DNA of 64,000 bases from an uncultured delta proteobacterium (GCA_963733195.1 CAVTCR010000081.1:153396-217395), one strand, 5' to 3'. Positions 10,999-22,721 are shown, counted from the first letter of the stretch. Numbers and translations are program-made. The notes: a model not told the origin generated them from the sequence alone.

Positions 10999-11684
10999 CT
11001 TCTCGTGGTTTTACTTTGCTAGAAGTTCTTGTCGCCAGCTCTATCCTTAGCATCGTCCTTGCCATCCTCTACGGCGTGTTCTCACAAACCCTGACAAGTA
11101 AACAGATCGCGGAGGAACGCTCTACTCTATCCCGTACGGCACGAGTGGTGTTGCTGCGTATAGGGGAAGACTTGCAAGCAAGTTTCCCCTTTGCTCCTGA
11201 GAATGCACGGTTTATTGGCAAGACACACCGGACCTCCACATTTCCTCAGGCGTCATTGTCCTTCATGTCTTTCGCCAATGCGCAATTGACTAACGTCGGT
11301 CGTGAAGGCGATTGGAGTGAGATTGTATACGACCTCGTACCAGATCCCTTCGCGCCGACCTTATGGCAACTGGTACGACGCGTTCATCTTAATTCAGAGC
11401 CTGCTCGCTTTGAACCAGATGAGGAAATTCTGCCACTCCTCTCGCGCGTACAAGGTCTCCGTTTTCGCTTCTTTGATGGACGGACATGGTCTGAAGAATG
11501 GGGACAAGACCAGACCCGAGGGCGCGTTCCACAAGCTGTTGAAGTCGAAATTATACTAGCAATGGCAGAAAAGCCTGGAGTCAAGAGTAACGAACAGTTA
11601 GAGGATGTGACGTTCTCAACTCTGGTTGACTTGCCACTGGCTCGCCCAGTTGGAGCTGCGGGGCGCGTTGGAGGAAATTCATGA
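10899..11684 (+). CDS. gspJ: Minor pseudopilin GspJ
   Basis: RGFTLLEVLVAS motif; C-terminal LRFRFFDG..W...W and P.AVEVEI. Confidence 0.85.
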   Translation: MMNGEQNPSLIQQSGFGILRSRCAGYWLLATGYSSRGFTLLEVLVASSILSIVLAILYGVFSQTLTSKQIAEERSTLSRTARVVLLRIGEDLQASFPFAPENARFIGKTHRTSTFPQASLSFMSFANAQLTNVGREGDWSEIVYDLVPDPFAPTLWQLVRRVHLNSEPARFEPDEEILPLLSRVQGLRFRFFDGRTWSEEWGQDQTRGRVPQAVEVEIILAMAEKPGVKSNEQLEDVTFSTLVDLPLARPVGAAGRVGGNS

Positions 11685-12637
11685 GAATGGAATCCTCACA
11701 CCAGACTGGGGCCGCACTCGTCACAACATTACTTGCTGTGACGTTGCTGACTATTGCTGTGGTCGAGTTTGCCTACTCTAGTCAAGTGGACTATCACCTC
11801 GCGCATAATGCACTCAAGGCATTACAGGCGAACTACCTGGCGCGGTCAGGAGTCAACCTAGCCATGCTCGTGCTTAAGCGTGATGGTCGCTCGGCCTCTG
11901 GCATTGACTCGCTGCGGGATGAATGGGCGCACCCCCTTCCTCCTCTGCCTGTCGGCGAAGGGATGGTGGTGATCCGTGTGAGCGATGAACAGGGAAAAGT
12001 AAATCTGAACGCCCTCCGCAATACGAGCGGAACAATCAATCGCACTTGGCGGGAAGTCACTGAACGTGTGTTTGCCCTTCGCGAGATTGATCTCAATGTT
12101 CTGGACCCGTTGTTGGATTGGTTGGATGCCGACGATTTTCCCGAGCCACGGGGGGCAGAGCGAGATCACTACGCGCGACTCTCGCCTTCGTATGTGCCGA
12201 CGAACGGCTTTCTCCTGACAATGGGAGAGCTAGGTCGGATCGAGGGGTTTTCGGCGGCTCTGCGTGCTCGGCTAGGGGAGGTCGTCACTGTTCTCCCGAG
12301 TAACAGCACGCCAATCAATGTGAATACGGCTCCTGGAGAAGTGCTTGCGGCGTTGTTTCCGACAGTAGACCATCAGACCCTTGAAGGATTCCTTGTCTCG
12401 CGGGTCGAAACTCCCGTGCATGGAGTCAATGAACTGCGTGATCGTCTCGGCTTCGATCCAAAGGTTTCTCTCGACATGTTGCGATTAGTGTCAGTGCGGA
12501 GTGAATATTTTGTTGTCACCACGTTGGCAACCGTCGAACCCGTAAGCCAAGGACTCTCCGTTATTATCCAACGTCGCGCGGCAACTGTGACACCTCTCAC
12601 CTGGCAGACAGCCCTACCGGTGGCGGTGCAAGGATAA
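11681..12637 (+). CDS. gspK: Minor pseudopilin GspK
   Basis: GAALVTTL, DEQGKVNLNAL, DWLDADD and INVNTAP motifs. Confidence 0.9.
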   Translation: MRMESSHQTGAALVTTLLAVTLLTIAVVEFAYSSQVDYHLAHNALKALQANYLARSGVNLAMLVLKRDGRSASGIDSLRDEWAHPLPPLPVGEGMVVIRVSDEQGKVNLNALRNTSGTINRTWREVTERVFALREIDLNVLDPLLDWLDADDFPEPRGAERDHYARLSPSYVPTNGFLLTMGELGRIEGFSAALRARLGEVVTVLPSNSTPINVNTAPGEVLAALFPTVDHQTLEGFLVSRVETPVHGVNELRDRLGFDPKVSLDMLRLVSVRSEYFVVTTLATVEPVSQGLSVIIQRRAATVTPLTWQTALPVAVQG

Positions 12638-12641
12638 ACCA

Positions 12642-14163
12642 GTGGCACGGCGTATCTTAGCACTTGATCTTGGGTCTCACTCGCTCAAAGCGGCGATGAT
12701 TGAAAGTTCGCTGAGTCGCTGCCATGTGACCGGATTCTTTCAGCAGCTTCGTGTGTCAGATCGTTCGTTGGCTGAGCAGCTGCAAGACTTCTGCACTTCG
12801 CATCAGTTACAGGCGGATACGGTGTTGTCCTGTCTCCCAGGAGATATCGTTTCTCACCGATTGTTAAACTTGCCGTTTACTCAGACACGACAAATCAGCC
12901 AGGCTGTTCCTTTTGAACTGGAGAGCCAAATCCCTTTCAGCTTGGATGATATGGTGATCGCTGATCAGATTATCCAGCGGACAGAAGATGGCACGCAGAC
13001 CCTTGCCGTAGCAGCGTTGAAGCAGACGATCGCCGAGCATCTCGACGTTTTGATGATGGCGGGATTAGACCCCGCACAAATCATACTCGCTCCATTGGCA
13101 CCGCTGACATTGTTGACACTAGCAGGAGCGAACACGAGTGGATTTTCTGCGCTGCTTGATATCGGCGAGAAGCGTACTTCTGTTGTCCTACTCCAGGAGG
13201 GAATGTTTGTTGGTTTACGAACGTTTGAGATCGGCTTGAGTCGTACTGGCGGTTTGGCGGCTTTTCTTCAGGAGTTGCGCTGGACTTTCCTAGCACTGAG
13301 TCCAGACGAGTCCTTACTGCCTACGAAGATTTTCTTGTGTGGTGGGGGCGCATGCTTTCCTGAATTGCAGAGCGAACTCGAGCGCGAGTTTGCGGTAGAA
13401 ATTTCTCCCGTTTCAACAACTCGCTATTCCTTCAATTGCTGAACCTCAACGAGAAAGTCAGGCAGCGTTCGCGACATGCCTTGGGATGGGGTTGCATGAG
13501 GCACTGCGTGGGACAACACCGATGGTGAATCTCCGCCGAGGTGAATTTGTTCCGCAACGCCACAATGAGACTGTTCGCCACGAGTCTCGCCGTCTCGGCT
13601 GGTTAGCGGTTGGGGTTGCTGCGGCTGCCGCACTTGCTTTCATGTTAGATTTGCATCGCTTGAATTTGCGCTATCAGGCGTTACGCCAAGAAACCCGTCG
13701 CGCGTTTGTTGCCACACTACCCGATACACAGACAGTGGTGAACGAAAAGGCACAGCTTGAAGACGCGGTAGAAGCGTTGCAAAAGCGGCAACGCCTCCTA
13801 CACGGATCGTCTACTGGATCACCACTCGATGTTCTCCGTCACTTGAGTGCAGTCGTTCCCGAGCAGATAGCCCTCGATCTTGACGAATGGGCATTTGACG
13901 AGGATGCCATCCGTCTGCAAGGCACTACCTCGTCGTTTGAAGCAACCGAGGCTATCAAAACTGCTGTTATGAGTCTTGGGCTCTTTCGTGAAGCGCAACT
14001 CAAAGACGTGAAAACTGTGGCGGGAAGTAAGAAGGTAGCGTTTGGGTTGCAATTGTTCTTCCAGAAAAACGAGACGCAGGAGACAAAACAGGAAGAGAAA
14101 AATCGTGGACACCAAGCAGAAGTAAGGCAACCGAATGCGGATGCTCGAAGGGGAGAAGGATGA
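12642..14163 (+). CDS. gspL: GspL (actin-like cytoplasmic domain plus TM and periplasmic domain), frameshifted near 13.42-13.48 kb
   Basis: ILALDLGSHSLK, VPFELESQIPF, LLDIG and LCGGG in ORF 12642-13442; VNLRRGEF plus TM helix in ORF 13486-14163. Confidence 0.8.
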
Positions 14164-14774
14164 GGAGCTGGCTTTCACTTCCTTCGATGTTCCTCCGAGA
14201 AAGATTGAGATTGCCTGGCAAGCTCAATGGTGTCGTTCTTGATGTTGTTGCTGGACTTGCTGCTCGCCTTTCGCCCCGAGAACGGGGGTTCGTCGGTCTC
14301 GCAGGGGTCGCCCTTGTTACTCTGTTACTCTCTCTATTTGTCATTGAGCCACTCTGGGATATGCATGGACGCTTGCGGGCAAAAGTTGCAGCAAAAGAAC
14401 GAGAGTTAACTGAAGTGGCAGCATTAGCTGATACCTATGAAGCTCTCCGGCGCGAACTGGAAATGGTCGGATCAGCCACTGGTACGGCCCTGTCCCCGTT
14501 TGCATTTCTCGAAGGACTGACGACGAGTACCCTAGGGCGAGAGAAATTAGCAGCAATCAACCCGGTTGGGCGCGAGGAACGCGGTGGAGTAGCACGAGAG
14601 GCCATTGAGTTGAAGTTGAGTGGCGTATCGCTGCAAGAGCTAGTGGACCTTTTGTATAAGATTGATGTGACAGGTGCTGCGGTGCGTTGTACCAATCTTG
14701 CGATCAAGAAACGTTATAAGGACCCGTATACTTTCGATGTCACCCTTACCGCCATTGCCCTCAACACCCGATAG
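14160..14774 (+). CDS. gspM: Type II secretion protein GspM
   Basis: LSPRER plus TM helix; C-terminal IELKLSGVSLQELVDLLYKI; position after gspL. Confidence 0.75.
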   Translation: MRSWLSLPSMFLRERLRLPGKLNGVVLDVVAGLAARLSPRERGFVGLAGVALVTLLLSLFVIEPLWDMHGRLRAKVAAKERELTEVAALADTYEALRRELEMVGSATGTALSPFAFLEGLTTSTLGREKLAAINPVGREERGGVAREAIELKLSGVSLQELVDLLYKIDVTGAAVRCTNLAIKKRYKDPYTFDVTLTAIALNTR

Positions 14775-14811
14775 TGAGGTTGCGCTCTCCGAGACCAGCG
14801 CAGTACCGGCG

Positions 14812-15693
14812 ATGCTCGTGTTGCGACGATGGACGCCTCCGTTCTCCCCACGTTTTGGATGGGGATTGTATACACTGCTCTGTTTCGGTGTTTTTCTCTT
14901 CCTGACGTTTCCCGTGGATATTTTGTTACAACGTGTGGTGGTCTCAACAACTCGTGGGACACCGTTACGCGTCCGTTATGCTCAAGGAGAGCTAAATTGG
15001 CACGGGGCTGGTGTCGTGCACGATATGACGATTGAGCATGCGGATACGAACCTCCCTGCGTTCAGACTGAATCGTCTGACTGTCCAACCATCGTGGCTCG
15101 GTCTGTTTTTCGGTCACCCACTGCCGTTGGCTTTTCAGGCTGACTTGTACGGTGGAACGATAAGCGGAACAGTTAAGCAAAGTACGGAGGGACTGAAGAC
15201 GCATCTCGTCGTGCAGCGATTAAACTTGGCGCTGTTACCCTTGCTCTTCCCAGGTAAACCTGGAGGACTCAAAGGTTTCCTCACTGGCAGTGGAGATGTC
15301 AGTGGCGATCTCTCGCAGGTGTTTTCTCTGAAAGGCACGCTTGAGCTGGATCTTTCAGAAGGAGCCTTGTCGGCCGGGGTGCTTGGGAAAGTTCCAGTCC
15401 CGCCATTTCAATCTCTCCAAGGAAAGCTGCGTACAGTGATCCGTGACGGGCGACTCAACATTTCTGACCTCGTCCTTACGGGAGACGGTATTGAAGCCCG
15501 CGTGCAGGGTACACTTACTCTCGGCACCCCACTTCCTCGTAGTGGACTTGATTTTCAACTCACGGCTAAAACCATAGGTTCTCCCCCGCCTCCCTTGGTC
15601 GCGCTGCTTTCACTCCTACCCGTGTCCCCTAACATGCCAGGCGAGCGGCGGGCAACGATTAGTGGTTCGCTTGCTACTCCAGTGATGCGGTAA
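14812..15693 (+). CDS. gspN: Type II secretion protein GspN (start uncertain)
   Basis: FLFLTFP after a TM helix, ADLYGG.I.G motif; last gene of the cluster. Confidence 0.7.
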   Translation: MLVLRRWTPPFSPRFGWGLYTLLCFGVFLFLTFPVDILLQRVVVSTTRGTPLRVRYAQGELNWHGAGVVHDMTIEHADTNLPAFRLNRLTVQPSWLGLFFGHPLPLAFQADLYGGTISGTVKQSTEGLKTHLVVQRLNLALLPLLFPGKPGGLKGFLTGSGDVSGDLSQVFSLKGTLELDLSEGALSAGVLGKVPVPPFQSLQGKLRTVIRDGRLNISDLVLTGDGIEARVQGTLTLGTPLPRSGLDFQLTAKTIGSPPPPLVALLSLLPVSPNMPGERRATISGSLATPVMR

Positions 15694-15794
15694 AACGCAA
15701 ACTGAACACTACTCCAAGATGGAAGTGTAAACGCCATTCCCTTCCCATCATCTTTTTGCCAGAATACTGGCCACGTTCAGGAGCATCGGTACGC

Positions 15795-17702
15795 ATGCCG
15801 CATATTATTGGTACTGCCGGACATATTGACCACGGCAAAACGTCACTCATCCGTGCCCTCACCGGTCAGGAAACCGACCGCCTGAAGGAAGAACAAGAGC
15901 GTGGGATTTCGATTGATCTGGGGTTTGCTTACATGGATCTGCCAGATGGCGAACGGGCCGGCATTGTCGATGTTCCCGGACATGAGCGCTTTATCCGCAA
16001 TATGTTGGCTGGTGCGCACGGTATCGATCTCGTGCTGTTTACTATTGCTGCAGATGACGGGGTGATGCCGCAGAGTGAAGAACATCTCGATTTCCTGCAT
16101 CTGCTCGGAGTAAAGAAGGGAATCTGCGTTATCACTAAAGCGGACCTAGTTGATGCGGCGCGTCTGGCTGAGGTACAAGAAGAGATTGAGATTCTGACGC
16201 TCGACACGACACTCGAAGGATCACCGATTGTTCCAGTCTCGTCGGTAACCGGTTCGGGGCTTGATCGTTTGCGTGCAGAGATTGCAACGCAGTTCCAAGC
16301 GTATGAGCGTCCTTCTCTACCCGGCTACTTTCGCCTGCCCGTCGATCGTACCTTTGTCGTCAAAGGACATGGCGTAGTAATCACCGGGACTGCTGTGGCT
16401 GGCACAATCAGTGAAGGCGATACCGTTCGAGTTCTCCCCGGCGGTGAAGAGTCGCGCGTTCGCTCCATACAGGTGCATGGGCAATCGGTCTCGCAAGCGA
16501 AATGGGGCCAACGGGTGGCGCTTAATCTTACGGGGTTAGAGAAGAGTGTTCTCACGCGCGGCCATGTGATCTGTCATCCAAAACTGACCCTGACGACGGA
16601 CCGTTTTGATGCTTTCGTGGAAATCCGTCCAGGCGCAGGGCGTGACATAGAGAATCACGAACGTGTACGTGTACACCTCGGAACGGCGGAAATCATCGGC
16701 AAAGTGATTATTCTCGATAGACGCGAGATACTTCCGCCCCGTTCGAGCGGCTACTGTCAGATCGTTCTAGAAGAGCCGGTGGTGGCATTCCGTGGTGACC
16801 GTTTTGTGCTGCGCAATCAAACTGCCCAAGGGACACTTGGAGGCGGTGAGGTTATTCTTCCTTTTGCCCAGCGCCACCGGCGTTCAGAGGAAGGCACTAT
16901 CGAACGGTTAATGCTCTTACGCTCGGCGGACCTCCTTCGTGCGTGTCGTGCTTATCTGGAAGCGCAAAATGCGTTTGCTTTGCCGTTGGAAGAAATCTAT
17001 CAGGGAGTGAATGCGCGCGAAGAGGAGGTCGCGAAACTGCTTGCGCAAGACGCAGAGATTTTACCACTCCCTGACAAAGCCCATCCAGAGGCTTACTCAG
17101 TCGCTGCGAAATGGAAACGTGTCGTGATTGAAGTGACGAAGGTGTTAGCCGCATTTCATGAGGCGACCCCGTTGGCGAGAGGTATGGAGATGGAGTCACT
17201 GCGCAGCCAATTATCGTTCTCATTTACGCCCAAAATTTTTCGCGCAGTCATCGAAAAATTGGTGAGTGAGAAGGTTACGGTACGAGAGGAGAGCATTCTC
17301 CGGCTTCCCGCGCATAGTGTAAAACTGAGTGGCGGTGAACAAGAAACCGCGGCCCGTGTAGAGCGCCTCCTGCAAGAGGGTGGGTTTACTCCGCCAGAGG
17401 TAAAGGAACTCGAAGAGAAACTCAAGATTGCCCGTAAACAACTTACAGAGCTTCTGAACGTGCTGGAGTCGCGTGGTGCGATTGTGAAGGTTACGACGGA
17501 TCTCTATCTCAGCGGTGCAACGCTAGAAAAAGCGAAGACCACTTTGATTGATCATCTGACTATGCATGGGGAAATCGCTGCCGCGGCATTTCGTGACCTT
17601 TTGGGAGTCAGTCGTAAGACTGCGATTCCGCTCTTAGAGTACTTTGACCGCACTGGACTCACCCTGCGAGTTGGGGATGTCAGGAAACTGCGAAAAAAGT
17701 AA
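15795..17702 (+). CDS. selB: Selenocysteine-specific translation elongation factor SelB
   Basis: IIGTAGHIDHGKT, EEQERGISIDLGFA and DVPGHERF; C-terminal winged helix SRKTAIPLLEYFDR. Confidence 0.96.
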   Translation: MPHIIGTAGHIDHGKTSLIRALTGQETDRLKEEQERGISIDLGFAYMDLPDGERAGIVDVPGHERFIRNMLAGAHGIDLVLFTIAADDGVMPQSEEHLDFLHLLGVKKGICVITKADLVDAARLAEVQEEIEILTLDTTLEGSPIVPVSSVTGSGLDRLRAEIATQFQAYERPSLPGYFRLPVDRTFVVKGHGVVITGTAVAGTISEGDTVRVLPGGEESRVRSIQVHGQSVSQAKWGQRVALNLTGLEKSVLTRGHVICHPKLTLTTDRFDAFVEIRPGAGRDIENHERVRVHLGTAEIIGKVIILDRREILPPRSSGYCQIVLEEPVVAFRGDRFVLRNQTAQGTLGGGEVILPFAQRHRRSEEGTIERLMLLRSADLLRACRAYLEAQNAFALPLEEIYQGVNAREEEVAKLLAQDAEILPLPDKAHPEAYSVAAKWKRVVIEVTKVLAAFHEATPLARGMEMESLRSQLSFSFTPKIFRAVIEKLVSEKVTVREESILRLPAHSVKLSGGEQETAARVERLLQEGGFTPPEVKELEEKLKIARKQLTELLNVLESRGAIVKVTTDLYLSGATLEKAKTTLIDHLTMHGEIAAAAFRDLLGVSRKTAIPLLEYFDRTGLTLRVGDVRKLRKK

Positions 17703-17799
17703 GAATGAAAAATTAAGAGTGAGGAATGAAAAACGGGAAAGGAAACTTCACTAATTCTCAACTCTTCAACCTTCCTTCAGATTGCTCCAAAGGAGCTTT

Positions 17800-18879
17800 A
17801 TGAGTCAGCCAGACCAAACCCCGAGAGATCAACGTTCACGTATTCGCTTGACCGAAAAAGTCAAAGCGGCTGGGTGAGCGGGGAAACTAGGTCCGGCGGA
17901 CCTAGCAGTAGTACTCGGTACGCTTCCGCGTAGCCATCATCCTGATTTACTCGTCGGTGTCGAAACATCGGACGATGCCGGTGTATTTCGTCTGCGCGAC
18001 GATCTAGCGATTGTGAATACCGTTGATTTCTTCACCCCAGTCGTGGATGACCCGTACACGTACGGACTAATTTCGGCAACCAACTCTCTGAGTGATGTCT
18101 ATGCGATGGGTGGCGAACCGAAAACTGCAATGAACATCGTATGTTTTCCGCAAAGTGGGATCGAGAAAGAGATCCTGGTGGAAATCCTTCGTGGAGGTGG
18201 AGATAAAGCAACGGAGGCTGGTGTCGTGATTGTCGGCGGTCACTCTGTCGCTGACGACGAAATCAAGTATGGCATGGCTGTGACTGGAGTGATCGACCCG
18301 CGCAAGATCATTCGCAACGTTGGCGCGCAAGAGGGCGATGTTGTAGTTCTGACCAAACCGCTGGGTACCGGTATTCTCACCACCGCACTCAAAAAAGGGC
18401 ATCTGAGTGAAGAAGAATATGGTGCGGCGGTGATATCGATGTCGATACTTAATGCCAAAGCTGCGCAGGTGATGTCACGCTACAGTGCGCATGCCTGTAC
18501 CGATGTGACTGGCTTCAGCCTCATGGGGCATGGCTGTGAAATGGCGATGGGCAGTAAACTCACTCTCCGTTTGCAAGCTAGTGCGCTGCCGATCCTGCCT
18601 GGTGCATTGCGGCTATCTTTGGAAGGCTACATTACCGGTGGCTGTAAACGGAATCGAAATTATCTGGCTGATAAAGTCCAAGTGGCTGCTTCTGTGTCAC
18701 AGGATTTGAATGAGGTAGCTTTTGATCCTCAGACCTCTGGCGGTTTACTTATTGCCATCCCCGCTCACGAAGCACAGGCGTTTACGCGAGAGTTGTTGAA
18801 TGAAGGAACGCTGGCCGCTGCAGTGATTGGTGAGGTAGTGGCGCCTGCGTCTACGGGAGTGTGGGTGGAGTTGGTCTAA
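17800..18879 (+). CDS. selD: Selenide, water dikinase SelD, itself a selenoprotein (UGA = Sec at codon 26)
   Basis: AGGAG RBS and ATG 17800; RLTEKVKAAG-TGA(17875-77)-AGKLGP in frame with ORF 18013-18879; DDAGVF, TVDFFTPVVDDP, TDVTGF and DPQTSGGLL motifs. Confidence 0.93.
17887..17905 (+). promoter_or_regulatory. Bacterial SECIS hairpin of selD
   Basis: Perfect stem CTAGGTCC/GGACCTAG with G-initiated loop GGC, with 17 nt between the UGA and the loop. Confidence 0.75.
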
Positions 18880-18936
18880 CTTCAGGTCTCTGGGCAAAAA
18901 GGCCCGCCCACGCATAACAACGCCCATAAATGGGCT

Positions 18937-19763
18937 TATCGCAGGAATACTCCGGCGATCAACCCAAGCTAGAGTGCGAGCTCTGCGGTGTTGGTCATGC
19001 CGTGTACAAGCATCATGAAGGCTGGCATAAAGGCAGGACGCCGTAGCCATACAACGCGTGCAGCGCAGCCGCGAGAGACAAGTGATGAAAAGAGCGCAGT
19101 TGCCACATGAACCGCAACACATCGCGAAAGGAGTCTGTGGGGTGACCGACGTTCTTGTTTGCAGACCTTCCGATTGTCCGCGTGGTGGTTCACGCAAGGT
19201 TAATCTGCACTACTAAGGCAAGCACGCACTCCCGGCATCCGACGACAAAGAAGGCTGTGCGCGAACCGAAGTACTGATTGATCCAGCCGCCTACTAGGTA
19301 GCCGATCATAATGCCGATCGGAACACCGAGTGAGAAAATAGACAACGCTGTTCCTCGCGTTCAGGAGGGAAATAATCGGAAAGGAGAGAGTGGGCTGGAG
19401 GCGAGCAAGCAGCTTGCCGATACCGACACCAATTCGCGCGAGGGCGAGTTGCGTGAAGGATTGCGCCTAGTTCGGTGAGGGCAGTCATGCCACTCCACAC
19501 GGCGAGTCCAAGCGCTATAATCGTTCGACGCATTCCGCGGTCCGCCCAGCGCGCGATGGGAATTCCGGCAAATGTGTAGAACAAGCGCAAAGGCAATGCC
19601 GGTCAGAAAGCCGAGCGCCGTGTCGGAGAGTTGTAAGTCCGCTTAATCGACTCCAGGAGAATCGAGAGGATCTGTCGGTCGAGATAGTTGAAGACGTTGA
19701 CACGACGAGCAGCGCTAATGCATAGTTCCGATACGTGGACGAGAGCGTGTTGGATACCGACAC
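18937..19763 (-). pseudogene. Spinster-like MFS transporter, fragmented
   Basis: Pieces YRNYALALLVV, FYTFAGIPIARWADR, ACSPPAHSLLSDYFP and WMPAFM-like spread over several frames. Confidence 0.7.
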
Positions 19764-19798
19764 CGCCGACGTGCTCTCAGGTTGTGAAATCGAGATTT

Positions 19799-20036
19799 GT
19801 TGAGCCAGAGAGATCCTGTACTTTCTTCTTTAGCTCTCCGCTTTCCATTCCAGTCCGAGTCTCATCAACGGAGCAGCGACCGAGATATTCACTCGGTCGG
19901 CATAATTGATCGCGCCGCTAGTCGCGAGCAGTCTCACCAATTTGTAACGGACAGTTATGCCATGCTTCCCTCCTTGTGGCCTGGTGAACCGAGCGGCAGA
20001 ATTGTACTCATCATGAGTGAAAAGGTCAAAAAAATC
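19799..20036. repeat. Copy 1 of a ~240-bp diverged direct repeat (5' fragment of an ACS-type MFS gene on the minus strand)
   Basis: Aligns by eye with 24969-25209; encodes VRYKLVRLL...INYADRVNISVAAP. Confidence 0.8.
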
Positions 20037-21038
20037 GGAGCAGGGCAAGAAGAGGTTAACCTCGGAACTCTCTGGCAAATTGACGTGAATCCCTTCATTC
20101 GTAACGTTCTTTTCATGAGGAGTAGCCGGACTTTACAGGAACTAAGGGCATAATCTGCTCTTTGGGTAAGACAGAAATATAGGCTTAAGTATTCTCGACG
20201 CAACGTTCTTGGCAAGACAAAGCGAAGCCTTTGTTGTCACCGTAATGATCGGATCCCTAAAAGTAGTGCGGATATTGCGTATCCTAATTTCTTGCTCAAA
20301 ATTATGATTTCTTCTGCTGATTGACGAACCGAAGGCGTCGGCAGGATAATCGCCTTCCAGGAAGGGTGAAGGAAACGCAAGCTCGCGACGTAACGAGTAC
20401 TGAGTACTGAGAAATTGATACGCAAGGATGCTCTATGACACAGCCTGTGCTTCAACGGAAGTTCCTCAGCCGATGGCGACGGTGGTTGGCGATTACCTTG
20501 ATCCTTGGACTTGTCGGTGTCATCGTTCTAGCGTTTGCCTTATGGCGACAAGCAATCGGGGCCGAGGCCAAGGATTGTCGTGGCGAAACGCCGCTGCCCA
20601 CAGGAGTGCACCTCATCACACCTGGTGCCGAGGTGCCAGAAGCGGTTGCGCGGTTTGCCGGTGCATGGACCGGGGTATGGAGACCGCAAGGGCTTGTTGC
20701 GATCTCCTTGCTCGTTCCGCAACTTCATGCGCGGCCAGAGCTTTGTGCCACCATGTCAAACTCTGGTCGTCGAGGAGGTGCGACCGAACGGTTACGCTCG
20801 GCTCATTTTCAGTTATGCTGCGGCTCCCACTTTGGATGTCCAGCTGCCAGACTTTTTGCGTGCGAGCGGACGAGTTGCCAACGGTGAACTCCGGTTTCAA
20901 TTACCCTTGCCGTTTTCCCTCCCCTCGTTCACCTATCGCATGGTCGGTGGGGCGCTGGACGGTGTTATCAATCTTGGCGATAACACGATCACCGGCGTAC
21001 GCTTGACTCGGGTGACAGACCTCGACCGGCGAGGCTAG

Positions 21039-22721
21039 CCCGGATTATTCATGAGGAAGTGGGACGACACGGCTCGACTCTGCTAAGGTCTGAAGCTGTC
21101 AAGACTTTCGGACCCTGCGCAAAGGAGCGAGCCGATGGCAGAGTGTATTACACAACTCTCGCTGGATTTCCATCCGACCGTCCCTCTGAAGGTGGCTTTT
21201 GATGCGCCCCATATCTCCAGTGATGGCGGGTGCGCTGTTACTACGCCAAATGGATGATCGCCTGGGGCTGAGTGAGCGGCTGGCGGCCCTGCTGCCTGAT
21301 GAGCGTGATCCGCGCAAAGTCAAACATGACCGTCGTGAGCAACTGCGGCAGCGGCTCTACCAGATTGCCTTGGGGTATGCCGACTGCAACGACGCGGACC
21401 GTCTGCGGCACGACCCGTTGCTCAAGAGTGTGTGCGATCGCACCCCGCAGGCCGAAGGACTTTCCTCGCAACCGACGCTCTCGCGGTTAGAGAACGCGGT
21501 GGATGCGCGGACGCTACGGGCGTTCTTACGTGAGATCGAGGAACAGTATGTGAGATCCTTTACTGAAGCCCAGCCGTGATTGTCTTGGATATTGACTCCA
21601 CCGACGATCCCACGCACGGCCAGCAGCAACTGTCGTTCTTTCACAAATACTACGACCAGCACATGTATCACCCGTTGGTAATCTTTGACGGAGAACGGGG
21701 GCAGCTGGTGAGTGCAGTGCTGCGGCCCGGCAATGCCCATGCGGCCCGTGGGGCAATGGGCGTCATCCGGCGTATTATTCGGGGCCTCAAGCAGCGCTTT
21801 CCTGACGTGCAGATTGTCGTGCGGGGCGATTCGGCGTTTGCCGTCCCGCGCGTGCTACGAATGATGGAGGAGCTGGATCGGGAGCTCGGCGGCATCGCCT
21901 ACGTCTTTGGGCTGGCCCAGAATGCCGTCCTGCTCCGCGCTGGAGCCGTCGCGTTGACGGAAGCCCAGGGCCGCTTTCGGGCCGCCAAGCAGACCGTGCA
22001 ACACTTCGACGCCTTTGCCTATGCGGCGGAGAGTTGGCCGCAGGCCCGCCACGTCGTGATGAAAGCGGAGGTCAGCGCGCAAGGCGCCAATCCGCGCTTT
22101 GTCGTGACCTCGCTCTCGGAATTTGCCCCCGCGCTGCTCTATCACGCCTATTGTGAGCGGGGCCAGTGTGAAAATTTCATCAAAGACTTCAAAAATGCGC
22201 TGCAGGCCGATCGCCTCTCGTGTTCCACGTTTGCGGCGAACTTCTTTCGGCTCCTGGAACACGCGGCCGCCTATGTGCTCTTCCACGCGCTACGCACCCA
22301 GGTCGCGCCGTTGGCCCCCAGCTGGGCCGGGCGCAGTTCGATACGCTGCGGCTGCAACTCTTGAAAGTGGCGGCCATTGTCTCACAGTCGACGCGTCGGG
22401 TGCTCGTGCGGCTCCCGTCCGCTTTTCCGTTGGCGCGCGTGTTCCGCCAACTCGCCACGACGCTCGCGGGGCTGCCCGTCCTGTCCTCCGCGTAATCGCG
22501 ATCCTCCTCATAGAGAGTTTGTCCTCGTTTCGCTGTCGCCTTCGCGTCGGCAGGGAGAAGTTCGTCTACACCTGACTACGGACGCTTTGGATGCCCCTCG
22601 TCAGTCCTCGTTTTCCTTGTCATGGCCCTACCTCTAATCACTTTTCGTTACAATTGAAGCTCTTTTGCTGTTGGAGTAGACGACTTCCGACCTTCTGCTC
22701 TTCGTTCATGAATAATCCGGG
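21039..22721 (+). mobile_element. IS1380-family insertion sequence
   Basis: Terminal inverted repeats CCCGGATTATTCATGA / TCATGAATAATCCGGG; CTAG on both flanks (21035-38, 22722-25). Confidence 0.9.
21135..22495 (+). CDS. IS1380 DDE transposase (about three frameshifts)
   Basis: SSDGG, GY.D.ND...LR.DP, SQPTLSRLEN, LDIDSTDD..HG.Q, VRGDSAF and Y..RG..EN.IK motifs. Confidence 0.88.
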
